Shown piece by piece: positions 1-8,712 of a stretch of DNA of 29,135 nt. The DNA lies in contig JBDOMS010000219.1 in assembly GCA_039831735.1 (NCBI GenBank), positions 1-29,135 on the forward strand. Direction: 5' to 3'. The DNA comes from Pirellulales bacterium (GTDB lineage Bacteria > Planctomycetota > Planctomycetia > Pirellulales > UBA1268). Numbering within the stretch: position 1 is the stretch's first letter; each line of letters starts with the position of its first letter. Below the pieces are notes generated by a model. It was given only the letters and a program-made list of their open reading frames with translations, searched no databases and was not told the DNA's origin. The position numbers were made by a program, and so were the translations under genes.

Positions 1-1
1 A

Positions 2-187
2 CATATTCTTGGATACGAACATAGCTTTATTAATCAGGCCGCCGACATGCTGACTGTGATCGGCGGCGGTGAGCCGGTGGTGCCCCTTGCTGACTTTGCC
101 GATGCGTATGAGGTTCAGAGGGTGCTCTCAGCCGTGGTTGAATCTGACAAACAGCGATCGCCAGTTCCTCTCGATCAAATCCAATAA
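2..187 (+). CDS. 3' end of a probable Gfo/Idh/MocA-family oxidoreductase (truncated by the left edge; not in ORF track)
   Basis: Manual translation from nt 2 gives HILGYEHSFINQAADMLTVIGGGEPVVPLADFADAYEVQRVLSAVVESDKQRSPVPLDQIQ* (TAA 185-187). The GYEHxFIN...DFxDAxExQRVLxAV pattern resembles the C-terminus of Gfo/Idh/MocA oxidoreductases. Only the last 61 aa are visible. Confidence 0.7.
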   Translation, partial: HILGYEHSFINQAADMLTVIGGGEPVVPLADFADAYEVQRVLSAVVESDKQRSPVPLDQIQ

Positions 188-425
188 TCATGAATATCAC
201 ACTCAATAGGCAATCGCATCACGTCGACGACACTGATATGTATCAAACAGGTTGCTGCTTCGAGTAATGCAGGCGGTACGTGATTGCCTGTCTGACATTC
301 ATTCGTAGGGCAATGAAATTTTCTTAACAAAGTGGAGAAGGATGAGAAGTAGGTTGATGGAGAAGTGTTTTCTCAGATGGAAAAACTGATGAGAAACCAT
401 GCTCCATCGTATTCTCTAAATACTC

Positions 426-1241
426 ATGGCAAAAAATGATACGGCGAGTCTTGTCTTTGATATTGAAAGTGTTGCAGACGGAGAATTAATTTCACGATTA
501 CGATACCCAGGTGAGAAGCTGGATTCTCAGGCAGCTGTCAAAAAGTATCGTGAAGAGCTTCTTGTGGAGAATGGGAAGGACTTTATCCCCTATACATATC
601 AGTTGCCCGTGTCACTAGTCGTCGCCAAAGTTTCATCAACCTACCAACTGATGGATCTTGTTGCGCTTGATGAAAAGGAATCACGTCCACATGAGATTGT
701 ACGTGGGTTTTGGGAAGGATGGCGTCGATATAACAAGCCACAACTTGTCAGTTTTAATGGTCGTGGTTTTGATATGCCGTTGCTTGAATTGGCTGCATTT
801 CGATTTGGTATTCAAATCCCAGAATGGTTTGCAGAGCATCGCCGAAATTTTGATCAACCCCGCTATCGCTATAACATGTCTGCACATTTTGACTTGCACG
901 AGTGGCTGACAAATAATGGTGCATCTCGCTTCAATGGGGGATTGTCACTTGCAGCAAACCTCATCGGGAAGCCTGGTAAAATGGATGTATCTGGTCATAT
1001 GGTTCAGGATCTCTGGGATGCAGGACGGGCAAACGATATTCATGATTATTGTCGTGCGGACGTGTTGGACACGTATTTTGTCTTCTTAAGATCTCGGGTT
1101 CTTGTTGGTGAAATAAATATCAAACAAGAGCATGAGCTGATTGAAGGAGCAAGATCTTGGATTGAGGAAAATTCAAAGGCGCACACCGGACTGAACAGAT
1201 ATCTGTCAGCATGGGGTGATTGGAAAAGTCCATGGGCTTAG
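426..1241 (+). CDS. Stand-alone 3'-5' exonuclease, DnaQ-like/PolB-proofreading-related (DEDDy) family
   Basis: ExoI VFDIESV, ExoII SFNGRGFDMPLL and ExoIII YCRADV motifs are all present. There is no polymerase domain. Confidence 0.85.
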   Translation: MAKNDTASLVFDIESVADGELISRLRYPGEKLDSQAAVKKYREELLVENGKDFIPYTYQLPVSLVVAKVSSTYQLMDLVALDEKESRPHEIVRGFWEGWRRYNKPQLVSFNGRGFDMPLLELAAFRFGIQIPEWFAEHRRNFDQPRYRYNMSAHFDLHEWLTNNGASRFNGGLSLAANLIGKPGKMDVSGHMVQDLWDAGRANDIHDYCRADVLDTYFVFLRSRVLVGEINIKQEHELIEGARSWIEENSKAHTGLNRYLSAWGDWKSPWA

Positions 1242-1244
1242 CCA

Positions 1245-1598
1245 CTATTCAATTGGTTCTTTTACCAACTGAATAAAATGTTGTGAGCGTCCTGACGAGG
1301 ACAGATCTTTTGCCTTCTTGTCGGCTGCCCGTTTGTCGGCATATTCAAACATGGCAACTCGCTTCATGGATGGAGTAAAGATCCCCCAATAGGCTTTCAT
1401 TCGGGCTTCTTTTGCTGCCTTCTTTCGGGTTGCCTTTTTCTTGGCTTTTTTTGCCTTTGGCACTTTCGCCGCCTTTTTTGCAGCCTTTTTCTTGGCAGCT
1501 TTCTTTTTTGCCGCCTTTTTTGCTGCCTTCTTTGCGGTCTTCTTTGTTGCCTTCTTTGCGGCTTTTTTTGCCGTTTTTTTTGCTGCCTTCTTTGCCAT
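1245..1598 (-). CDS. Histone H1-like Lys/Ala-rich protein with a small globular C-terminal domain (probable nucleoid-associated protein)
   Basis: Likely start is the ATG at 1598 (MAKKAAKK...), six codons into the track ORF 1245..1616. 32 of the first 63 residues are Lys, in AAKK/TAKK repeats. These are followed by the non-repetitive tail MKAYWGIFTPSMKRVAMFEYADKRAADKKAKDLSSSGRSQHFIQLVKEPIE. Confidence 0.8.
   Translation of the reverse strand: MAKKAAKKTAKKAAKKATKKTAKKAAKKAAKKKAAKKKAAKKAAKVPKAKKAKKKATRKKAAKEARMKAYWGIFTPSMKRVAMFEYADKRAADKKAKDLSSSGRSQHFIQLVKEPIE
1410..1598 (-). repeat. Degenerate low-complexity coding repeat (AAKK/TAKK units)
   Basis: On the + strand there are repeated imperfect units such as gccttttttg, gccttctttg and gctttttttg, encoding the Lys/Ala repeats of the minus-strand gene. 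Confidence 0.8.
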
Positions 1599-1626
1599 GT
1601 CAGCCCTTTCAGCCATACCTTTTTTC

Positions 1627-1642
1627 CGGCAATCACTTGCCG
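1627..1642. promoter_or_regulatory. Palindrome CGGCAA-tcac-TTGCCG in the divergent histone-like/nadA intergenic region
   Basis: Perfect 6-bp inverted repeat with a 4-nt spacer, seen directly in the sequence. Function unknown. Confidence 0.3.
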
Positions 1643-1699
1643 CTTGAGACAGCAGTATAGCGTCTTTACCAGATAGTGCAGGGGACGGCGATATAGTAT

Positions 1700-1723
1700 T
1701 AATAATTAGGGAGTTAATTATTA
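1700..1723 (+). promoter_or_regulatory. 9-bp inverted repeat TAATAATTA-gggagt-TAATTATTA enclosing the nadA Shine-Dalgarno sequence
   Basis: Arms at 1700-1708 and 1715-1723 are exact reverse complements. The loop contains GGGAG and the right arm ends on the A of the nadA ATG. Confidence 0.4.
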
Positions 1724-2865
1724 TGTCAGAACTTATCGATGAGGTCGCTTTGGCAAGCCCGTTTCCGGTGTATCGAGGTCTCGATGACGCTGTGCTCGAG
1801 GAGCGAGTTGAGGCAGTACGACAACGAATGGGCTCTCGATTGATGGTGCTCGGACACCACTATCAGCAAGACGGTGTGATCAGTCATGCAGACCTGAAAG
1901 GTGACAGTTATCAACTTTCGAAAGCAGCTGCCGAACGAGAGGGCTGTGAAGCGATTGTCTTTTGTGGTGTTCATTTCATGGCCGAGACAGCTGATATTCT
2001 TGTGAATCAGCCTCAAAAAGTTGCTGCGCGTGGTGGGAAACGAGTGTCAGTGGTCCTTCCTGATATGGCCGCAGGTTGTTCCATGGCTGATATGGCCGAT
2101 ATCGAACAGGTTGAAAATGCATGGGAGGATCTTGACGCAGTTGTTGAAACATCAGATATCACACCGGTGACCTATATCAATTCAGCAGCGAGCCTGAAGG
2201 CGTTCTGTGGCCAGCATGGAGGTATCGTTTGTACATCGAGTAACGCTCAAGCTGTACTTGAGTGGGCCTTCAAGAGATCGCGACGGGTTCTCTTCTTCCC
2301 CGATCAGCATCTTGGGAGAAACACAGCAAGAAAAATGGGTGTACCACTTGAGGAGATGTGTGTCTGGAATCCTCATGATCCCACGTTTGGAGGCAATACC
2401 GTCGAGCAGCTTAAGAAGAGTAAAGTGATCCTCTGGCAAGGTCATTGCAGTGTCCATGCAATGTTCAAGTCGGAGCACGTTACTGCGATGCGTAAGGCTC
2501 TTCCAGGCGTCAAGATCCTTGTGCATCCAGAGTGTTCAATGGAAGTCGTCGATAGGTCAGATCTCGCTGGGTCCACGAGTTTCATCATAGACAAAGTTCA
2601 AGAAGCCGCTGCAGGAACAAAGTGGGGCATTGGTACTGAACTTCACTTAGTCAAGCGACTTGAGCATAGCTACCCAGAACAAACTATCCGTTTTCTGTCC
2701 CCAGTTGTTTGCATGTGTGCCACCATGTACCGCATCGATCTAGCGCATCTCTGTTGGAGCCTTGAACATTTAGAGGTTGGTAAGCCAGTCAATACTATTC
2801 GCGTTGATGATGAGACCGCGAAGTGGTCCGTTGTTGCACTTGAGCGAATGCTCTCTGTTGGGTAA
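1723..2865 (+). CDS. nadA: Quinolinate synthase A
   Basis: LGHHYQ, GDSYQLS, IVFCGVHFMAET, AGCSMA, TYINS, FFPDQHLGRN, WQGHCSVH, VHPEC and CxCxTM motifs, including the three 4Fe-4S cysteines. Confidence 0.96.
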   Translation: MSELIDEVALASPFPVYRGLDDAVLEERVEAVRQRMGSRLMVLGHHYQQDGVISHADLKGDSYQLSKAAAEREGCEAIVFCGVHFMAETADILVNQPQKVAARGGKRVSVVLPDMAAGCSMADMADIEQVENAWEDLDAVVETSDITPVTYINSAASLKAFCGQHGGIVCTSSNAQAVLEWAFKRSRRVLFFPDQHLGRNTARKMGVPLEEMCVWNPHDPTFGGNTVEQLKKSKVILWQGHCSVHAMFKSEHVTAMRKALPGVKILVHPECSMEVVDRSDLAGSTSFIIDKVQEAAAGTKWGIGTELHLVKRLEHSYPEQTIRFLSPVVCMCATMYRIDLAHLCWSLEHLEVGKPVNTIRVDDETAKWSVVALERMLSVG

Positions 2866-2891
2866 CAGGTTTTTGTGAACTTGCATTCCGG

Positions 2892-4538
2892 TTAATTCCA
2901 CGCACGACCATTTTTTCGTGTGCCGCAGAAAGTAACATTGATCCCCAAAGCCCGAGCAGTAGCAGCTTTTGCAAGTGCTGCCCGATCAGCTGCTAGAGCA
3001 TTCTTTGCATATACAACCTGCACGTGATTGGCTTGGTGGCGGGCCATCATTTGATCTCGGGAAACGCCATAGGTAACAGCATGCATGATGGGCCATTGTT
3101 TGGTGGTTGCATCCAGGCGCCGTTGCGTCTCTTCTGAAGGAAGTTGAATTGCAGCAGCTCTTCCAATATCCATCATGAGTTTTCCACATCCCGATGAACC
3201 ATCTATCCAGATTCGGCTCCAAACAACTTCGCCGGGCTTGCTGACTCCTGCCAGCGTGCTTCCTCCAAGTCTAAAATACATGGGTGGTTGTCGGTAGCCG
3301 TGAGCGCTCTTCCATCCTCCCGAGAAATGAGCTGGCGGTGCTGCACCTGAAATTTCGAACACCCAGACCCATTCGTTTGTGGTACCGGATTGGTCCCAAT
3401 CACCCCAGCGGATGTCATGAAGAGTATTTTCAACGGGTTCGCCGAGTGCTTCGTGAACCCGTTGTGTCAATAATCCATCAAGTCCAGCACATTCATCAAC
3501 CTCATTGAAGTGAATCAGTGGTTTTCCTCGCCAGAGAATTCTTGAAGAATGGCTAGCTGTCACAGGAGGCCTTTTGCTGTTGTTCAGCATTCCCTCAACA
3601 AGATCGCTTGCGGGCAGCAAATCCTTGAGACCCTGTTGATACTGAATACCAACACAATCACAGCCAAAGCGATCAGCAATTCGAAGAGTGGCAATATACA
3701 TTTTGCATTGCATTAACACCTGATCGCGTGTGAGTGAATCTTTTTCATTCCGTCCAAAGTGAAAATGCATGCCAGCCCGTTCAAGCCAACGAAAAACGGC
3801 ACGAGCCTCTGACTGACTGATTTGCATGGTCTCGTGATAGAGGGCACTCTGGCTCAGACGCTCCTTAAATACTCCAGTGGCATGCAAGAGATTATCTGGA
3901 ATGACCGCGTTAAACATCCCCATGCAACCTTCATCAAAGACTCCCATTAATGCTTTTCTCTTGATCAGGTCATCAGCGATTGATTTTCCGAGTGATTGAA
4001 CCTTTGTGGGAATGCGAACGGCATCAGCACTTTGAGTATGGCTTGTATCGTGATCAATTTTTTTTCGTTTGAGCCAGGACTTGAGACGCTGGAGAAAAAC
4101 GTGGTCAGAGAAGTTGTCGGCCCATACCGTTTCATATGGCACTCCTGCTTTTGTGAGTGATCCATTGAGATTGAGCATGCCGACAAGTCCGGGCCATTGT
4201 CCGGACCAATTGGCAACGGTCAGAATAGGACCTTGGTGAGTGGTCAGGCCAGGAAGTACATGGTTGGAATACTGCCACACTGCTTCAGCAACAATGAGTG
4301 GTGCTGCAGGGTCGATACTGTGGAAGACATCAATTCCTTCACGGGCACTTGCAATAAATCCATGTTTTCGAGAGCGAGAGGCTCGATGTGCCCGAGTAAG
4401 TTGCCAACCCAATGAGGAAAACGCATCCTGTAGCGATGATTCAAGAGCCTTCTGGGCAGGCCAGCATACACGATTTGCTTCTTCCCGAAGATCTCCGCTA
4501 GCAATAAGAACAGCCTTTTTTTTCGTTACTTTTTGCAC
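2892..4538 (-). CDS. L-fucose/L-arabinose-isomerase-like sugar isomerase
   Basis: GTG start. Contains [49 protein letters not shown] and ANHVQVVY, patterns I recall from proteins annotated as fucose-isomerase-like. Substrate is unverified. Confidence 0.7.
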   Translation of the reverse strand: MQKVTKKKAVLIASGDLREEANRVCWPAQKALESSLQDAFSSLGWQLTRAHRASRSRKHGFIASAREGIDVFHSIDPAAPLIVAEAVWQYSNHVLPGLTTHQGPILTVANWSGQWPGLVGMLNLNGSLTKAGVPYETVWADNFSDHVFLQRLKSWLKRKKIDHDTSHTQSADAVRIPTKVQSLGKSIADDLIKRKALMGVFDEGCMGMFNAVIPDNLLHATGVFKERLSQSALYHETMQISQSEARAVFRWLERAGMHFHFGRNEKDSLTRDQVLMQCKMYIATLRIADRFGCDCVGIQYQQGLKDLLPASDLVEGMLNNSKRPPVTASHSSRILWRGKPLIHFNEVDECAGLDGLLTQRVHEALGEPVENTLHDIRWGDWDQSGTTNEWVWVFEISGAAPPAHFSGGWKSAHGYRQPPMYFRLGGSTLAGVSKPGEVVWSRIWIDGSSGCGKLMMDIGRAAAIQLPSEETQRRLDATTKQWPIMHAVTYGVSRDQMMARHQANHVQVVYAKNALAADRAALAKAATARALGINVTFCGTRKNGRAWN

Positions 4539-4656
4539 CTAGTTCCCCCTATTCTTTTGACAATCGCGTACCATGGCTCTCGGAACTATACTACCTCGAT
4601 CCCAATTCAAACCGAAACAATTCCTTCCAAACGTGAGTCCTTCAAAGGTTTTTGTC

Positions 4657-6240
4657 ATGCGAATGTATATTTTTTCTTTGAGTGCACTGTGCCTTTCATT
4701 GGGTTCTATTGCATGGTCAGCTGATCCTCCTGCCAAGTCGACAAAAATAGATGGTTTTAATCGCTGGGTTATAGCGGCTGATTTTACAACTGATGGAACG
4801 TCACTGGTTACTGCAGGTGGCGAAAGCCTGCTCTATCGGCCTGGTGATGTTGTTGTCTGGAAGGCTGATGGTTCTCGTATTGGCGATTTGGCAGGTCACC
4901 CAACTGCGGTCTGGGCAGTCAAAGTTTCAAATGATGGCAAGCTTGCTGCAACAGCCGGATATGATGGGCTGGTGAAGCTGTGGGATTTTCCGAATAGAAA
5001 ACTCAAAAATGATCTCAAGAAACACAAGGGGTGGGTCCGATCCCTTGATTTTTCACCGGATGGCACAAAGCTTGCGACAGCCGGTGAAGATGGCACAGTC
5101 ATTGTGTGGAATACGGCGGATGGTGCAGAAATAAAGACAATCAAAGCTCATGAGGGCCCCGTCACTGCTATCGAGTTCTCTCCAGATGGTACGGTCTTAG
5201 CATCTGGAGGAGGGGATAAAATCGTCAAACTGTGGGATGCAGCAAGCGGAGCAGAAAAGGGAAAACTTGCAGGTCATGAGGACACCATTTGGGCAGTCGC
5301 TTTTTCTCCAGATAACACGACACTTGCTTCTGCTTCTGCTGATCGGTCTATAAAACTCTGGAACATGTCTGACAAGAAGGCGCGAGCTACGCTGAAGGGG
5401 CATAAGGATTGGGTCACAAGCATCGCGTTCTCTTCAGATAATGCACGTTTGGTATCGGGGAGCCTAAACGGAGAAACAAAACTTTGGGATGTGAAGAGTG
5501 GAGGCGAGCAGGAAGGGCCTGCGAATGAAAAATCGAGCATTTGGTGTGTTTCTTTTTCGCCTGATGCTAAAAGACTGTTTGTCGGCACCCATAAGGGAGG
5601 CAAGCTTATTGCTGTACCTGCTGTCAAGCTGTTGGCACCACCGCCTCCTCCAGCACCAAAGCCGAAGCCAGTAGCGGAAGTTCAGTCTACATCGATTGCA
5701 CTTGTTCCTACAGCGTTTACAAGCAAGGCTGGAGCGAAGGGAGTCATCGATAAAGATGGGACAATAATGGTTTCTGGTACCTTGGCGAAAGATACCTACA
5801 CCATGAAGGCGAGTGTTCCAAAGGGAGTCAATCCTCGAGCGATACGGCTGGATGTTCTGCCTGATCCAAGTCTTCCTGGACAGGGACCAGGTCGTTCCTC
5901 TGGTGGAGGAAATTTTGTAATCAGTACATTGAGTGTGTCGTTTGGTGCTCCGGGAAAGCCTGAGACTCCAACGAAGATAAAATTCTCAGGTGCAAAAGCA
6001 GACTTTGAGCAAGCCAACTATGCTGTAGCAGGTGCGCTTGATGATAATCCTGAATCAGGGTGGGCGATTGCAGGGGGCACTGGCAAGGCGCACCATGCTA
6101 TCTTTGACATTGCAGGTGACGTCAAGGTGTTGCCAGAGGCACCTTTAACAATCACCATTGATCAACAATACCAAGACGGAACACACGCACTCGGAAAGTT
6201 TCGTTTTTCGATGATTCCTACTGAAGCACCAAAAAAGTAG
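4657..6240 (+). CDS. Secreted WD40-repeat protein with a Pro-rich linker and a C-terminal beta-sandwich (galactose-binding/discoidin-like) domain
   Basis: Likely start is ATG 4657 (MRMYIFSLSALCLSLGSIAWSA-DPP, signal peptide). About seven GH...FSPDG..LAxxxxDxxVKLWD repeats, then APPPPPAPKPKP, then a domain with IRLDVLPDPSLPGQGPGR..GNFVIS, ADFEQ, GWAI and LGKFRFS. Confidence 0.85.
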   Translation: MRMYIFSLSALCLSLGSIAWSADPPAKSTKIDGFNRWVIAADFTTDGTSLVTAGGESLLYRPGDVVVWKADGSRIGDLAGHPTAVWAVKVSNDGKLAATAGYDGLVKLWDFPNRKLKNDLKKHKGWVRSLDFSPDGTKLATAGEDGTVIVWNTADGAEIKTIKAHEGPVTAIEFSPDGTVLASGGGDKIVKLWDAASGAEKGKLAGHEDTIWAVAFSPDNTTLASASADRSIKLWNMSDKKARATLKGHKDWVTSIAFSSDNARLVSGSLNGETKLWDVKSGGEQEGPANEKSSIWCVSFSPDAKRLFVGTHKGGKLIAVPAVKLLAPPPPPAPKPKPVAEVQSTSIALVPTAFTSKAGAKGVIDKDGTIMVSGTLAKDTYTMKASVPKGVNPRAIRLDVLPDPSLPGQGPGRSSGGGNFVISTLSVSFGAPGKPETPTKIKFSGAKADFEQANYAVAGALDDNPESGWAIAGGTGKAHHAIFDIAGDVKVLPEAPLTITIDQQYQDGTHALGKFRFSMIPTEAPKK

Positions 6241-6280
6241 AAAAGCAGGAAGCTGATACAGTGAGAGGAGACATTCTTTT

Positions 6281-6814
6281 ATGAAAGATTTTTTTCGGAC
6301 ATGGGCTATTGCACTCATATTCCTTGGAATCGGTGCAATTATTGGATGGTGTTTGACAACACGGCACGCTCCTCCAACGGCCTTTGCAATCACGGCTCAG
6401 TCTGACGAGACGTTTGCTATCTGCACAGCTCCCATTGATGCAGCAAATGGTATTGAAGGAATCTTTATTCTTGATTTTCTTACGGGTGACCTAACCGGGG
6501 GTGTTCTCAATGCCGCTTCTGGAACGTTCCTCACCTCTTACAAGTGGAATGTTCTCAATGACCTAGGATTTCAGGCTGGTCAGGCCAAAAACCCAAAGTT
6601 TTTGCTCGTGGCTGGTCAGGCAGAGCTTCGGCCAAATCCCCGGCTTGGCCGCCGACAGATGGCTCCATCAGTGGTGTATGTCACCGATTGTACAACGGGA
6701 ACAACTGCGGCGTACGGTATTCCCTGGTCTCCTCAGCAGGGAAATGCTTCAAAGCCAGTCGCAAGTGAACTTGTTCCCCTGGACGTTGCACGGCCTCGGG
6801 GTGCAGCGCAGTAA
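6281..6814 (+). CDS. Conserved hypothetical membrane-anchored/exported protein
   Basis: AGGAG Shine-Dalgarno upstream and an N-terminal hydrophobic helix (WAIALIFLGIGAIIGWCL). Motifs FILDFLTGDL and VYVTDCTTG..AAYGIPW resemble a planctomycete hypothetical family as I recall it. Its stop overlaps the thiS start (TAATG). Confidence 0.7.
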   Translation: MKDFFRTWAIALIFLGIGAIIGWCLTTRHAPPTAFAITAQSDETFAICTAPIDAANGIEGIFILDFLTGDLTGGVLNAASGTFLTSYKWNVLNDLGFQAGQAKNPKFLLVAGQAELRPNPRLGRRQMAPSVVYVTDCTTGTTAAYGIPWSPQQGNASKPVASELVPLDVARPRGAAQ

Positions 6815-7059
6815 TGAAAACACCTGAGAATTCTACTGATCCTCACGCAACCAAGATCCTTGATCTTCTTGTGAATGGACTTCCACGTCAGTTTTCTGAT
6901 GGAGTAACGGCATTGGATATTGTTCGGGATTTGGGTTTTGAGCAACGTCCGATTGCGGTTGAAGTTAACGAGCACGTGATTCGGCGAGCTGCACTTAGCC
7001 AGTGCACGCTGTCTGATGGTGATCGTCTGGAGATTGTTACGCTTGTAGGTGGTGGGTAA
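6814..7059 (+). CDS. thiS: Sulfur carrier protein ThiS
   Basis: LVNG, IAVEVNEHVI, GDRLEIVTLVGGG with the C-terminal GG; immediately upstream of thiG. Confidence 0.93.
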   Translation: MKTPENSTDPHATKILDLLVNGLPRQFSDGVTALDIVRDLGFEQRPIAVEVNEHVIRRAALSQCTLSDGDRLEIVTLVGGG

Positions 7060-7098
7060 CAGGAATCAAACTTAGCGCATGAAGTTCATTTTTTGCTT

Positions 7099-7938
7099 AT
7101 GACAGTCTCTGTAAGGTCCTCCGACAATATCGCCTTTCGTATTGGTTCGATCGAGCTCAAGAGTCGGCTCGTTGTGGGTACCGGGAAATATTCTACGTAT
7201 GCCAGCATGGCATGCTGCCTTGAGGCTTCTGGTACAGACTGTGTGACTGTAGCCGTGCGACGAGAACGGCTTCTAAATGAATCTGGGGAAAACATCCTTG
7301 ATCATCTGGACTCCCAACGCTATACCCTTCTGCCCAATACCGCAGGATGTTTTTCAGCTGATGACGCAGTTCGAGTGGCTCGGCTTGGGAGGGAGCTTTT
7401 GCGCGACCTTGGAAACCCAGGATCTGAGTGGGTGAAGTTAGAGGTTCTTGGTGACAAAAAAACACTTTTGCCAGATCCCGTCGGTACTCTTGATGCTACT
7501 GCTAGGCTAGTTGACGACGGTTTTTCAGTACTTGTTTACAGCAGTGATGATCCTGTTGTGGCCAAACGGCTTAAGGATTTGGGAGCAGCAAGTGTAATGC
7601 CAGCTGGTAGTCCGATTGGCTCAGGTCAAGGGATTCTCAATGCTAATAACCTCCGTATTTGCATGGAGTATCTTAAGGATGGGGATCCTGACTATCCTGT
7701 CATTGTTGACGCGGGCGTTGGAACGGCCAGTGACGTAGCACAAGCAATGGAACTGGGGGTGGATGGAGTCTTGCTCAATACAGCTATCGCTTATGCTTCG
7801 GATCCAGTCAGAATGGCTCATGCGATGAAGGCTGCCTGCCATGCGGGACGAGAGGCATTTTTGGCCGGACGGATGCCACGTCGAATGTATGCGAACGCAT
7901 CAAGTCCAAGTGAGGGAATACTTGGCGGGAGAAACTAA
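7099..7938 (+). CDS. thiG: Thiazole synthase
   Basis: [23 protein letters not shown] (catalytic Lys), [36 protein letters not shown] and ASSP. ATG at 7099 preferred over TTG at 7093. Confidence 0.96.
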   Translation: MTVSVRSSDNIAFRIGSIELKSRLVVGTGKYSTYASMACCLEASGTDCVTVAVRRERLLNESGENILDHLDSQRYTLLPNTAGCFSADDAVRVARLGRELLRDLGNPGSEWVKLEVLGDKKTLLPDPVGTLDATARLVDDGFSVLVYSSDDPVVAKRLKDLGAASVMPAGSPIGSGQGILNANNLRICMEYLKDGDPDYPVIVDAGVGTASDVAQAMELGVDGVLLNTAIAYASDPVRMAHAMKAACHAGREAFLAGRMPRRMYANASSPSEGILGGRN

Positions 7939-8708
7939 TGCTGGGCAAACGAATCATCCCTTGTTTAGATGTTGAAAAGGGTCGTGTTGTAAAGGGAACG
8001 AAGTTTCTTGAGCTTGTAGATGCTGGTGATCCGGTTGCAGTTGCTGCTCGATATGAGGCCGAGGGAGCAGATGAATTAGTGTTTCTTGACATCACAGCAA
8101 GTCATGAAGGCAGGGCCATTATGCTTGAAATGGTTCGTCAGGTTGCTGACACAATTTTTATGCCCTTTACTGTCGGAGGGGGAATTCGTTCCCTTGAAGA
8201 TGCAGTGCAACTCATACACGCCGGTGCTGAAAAGGTGAGCATCAATTCATCAGCGGTTCGTCATCCACACCTTGTTTCAGCTGTTGCAGATCGATTGGGA
8301 AGTTGTGCGACAGTCGTCAATATTGACCCCAAACGGGTGACGCGTGACGGGCAAGAGATTTGGGAGGTATTTGTAAATGGCGGTCGGGTTCCCACTGGAT
8401 TAGAGGCAGTTTCCTGGGCTCAGGAAGTAGAAAAGCTGGGCGCTGGCGAGATTGTACTCACATGCATGGATCGAGATGGTACCCGCGATGGGTATGATTT
8501 GGAGATCACATCTGCTGTGAGTCAGGCGGTTGGAATTCCCGTTGTTGCAAGCGGTGGAGCAGGTTCTCCTGCCGACTTGGCTGATGCAATCGAGTTCGGA
8601 GGAGCGGATGCGGCGCTTGCCGCTGGAATCTTTCACTTTGGACAGTGTACTATTCGGGAAGTCAAGAACCTTTTTCAAGCCCGTGGGATCCCTGTGCGTC
8701 CCACTTAA
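7938..8708 (+). CDS. hisF: Imidazole glycerol phosphate synthase cyclase subunit
   Basis: [57 protein letters not shown] and ASGGAG motifs. Start overlaps the thiG stop (TAATG). Confidence 0.97.
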   Translation: MLGKRIIPCLDVEKGRVVKGTKFLELVDAGDPVAVAARYEAEGADELVFLDITASHEGRAIMLEMVRQVADTIFMPFTVGGGIRSLEDAVQLIHAGAEKVSINSSAVRHPHLVSAVADRLGSCATVVNIDPKRVTRDGQEIWEVFVNGGRVPTGLEAVSWAQEVEKLGAGEIVLTCMDRDGTRDGYDLEITSAVSQAVGIPVVASGGAGSPADLADAIEFGGADAALAAGIFHFGQCTIREVKNLFQARGIPVRPT

Positions 8709-8712
8709 TCCA

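Noticed and set aside
190-267. Short ORF MNITLNRQSHHVDDTDMYQTGCCFE whose start resembles ThiS/MoaD (MxITLNG)
   Set aside because: Only 25 aa, no C-terminal GG, and neither alternative frame restores a sulfur-carrier sequence. An intact thiS exists at 6814. Treated as chance.
1410-1598. Repetitive DNA considered as a CRISPR array or VNTR
   Set aside because: Units are short, degenerate and codon-phased, with no unique spacers and no cas genes.
1397-1660. Track ORFs 1441..1647(+), 1412..1660(+) and 1397..1636(-) with Phe/Ala-, Leu/Pro- or Arg/Gln-rich repeats
   Set aside because: Antisense or alternate-frame shadows of the Lys/Ala repeat in the histone-like gene.
4573-4656. Longer start for the WD40 protein
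   Set aside because: A typical signal peptide begins at ATG 4657, and the extension would occupy the divergent promoter region.
8530-8712. N-terminal extension of the PilT ORF in the track
   Set aside because: It overlaps hisF by about 180 nt in another frame; ATG 8713, 4 nt after the hisF stop, is more plausible.
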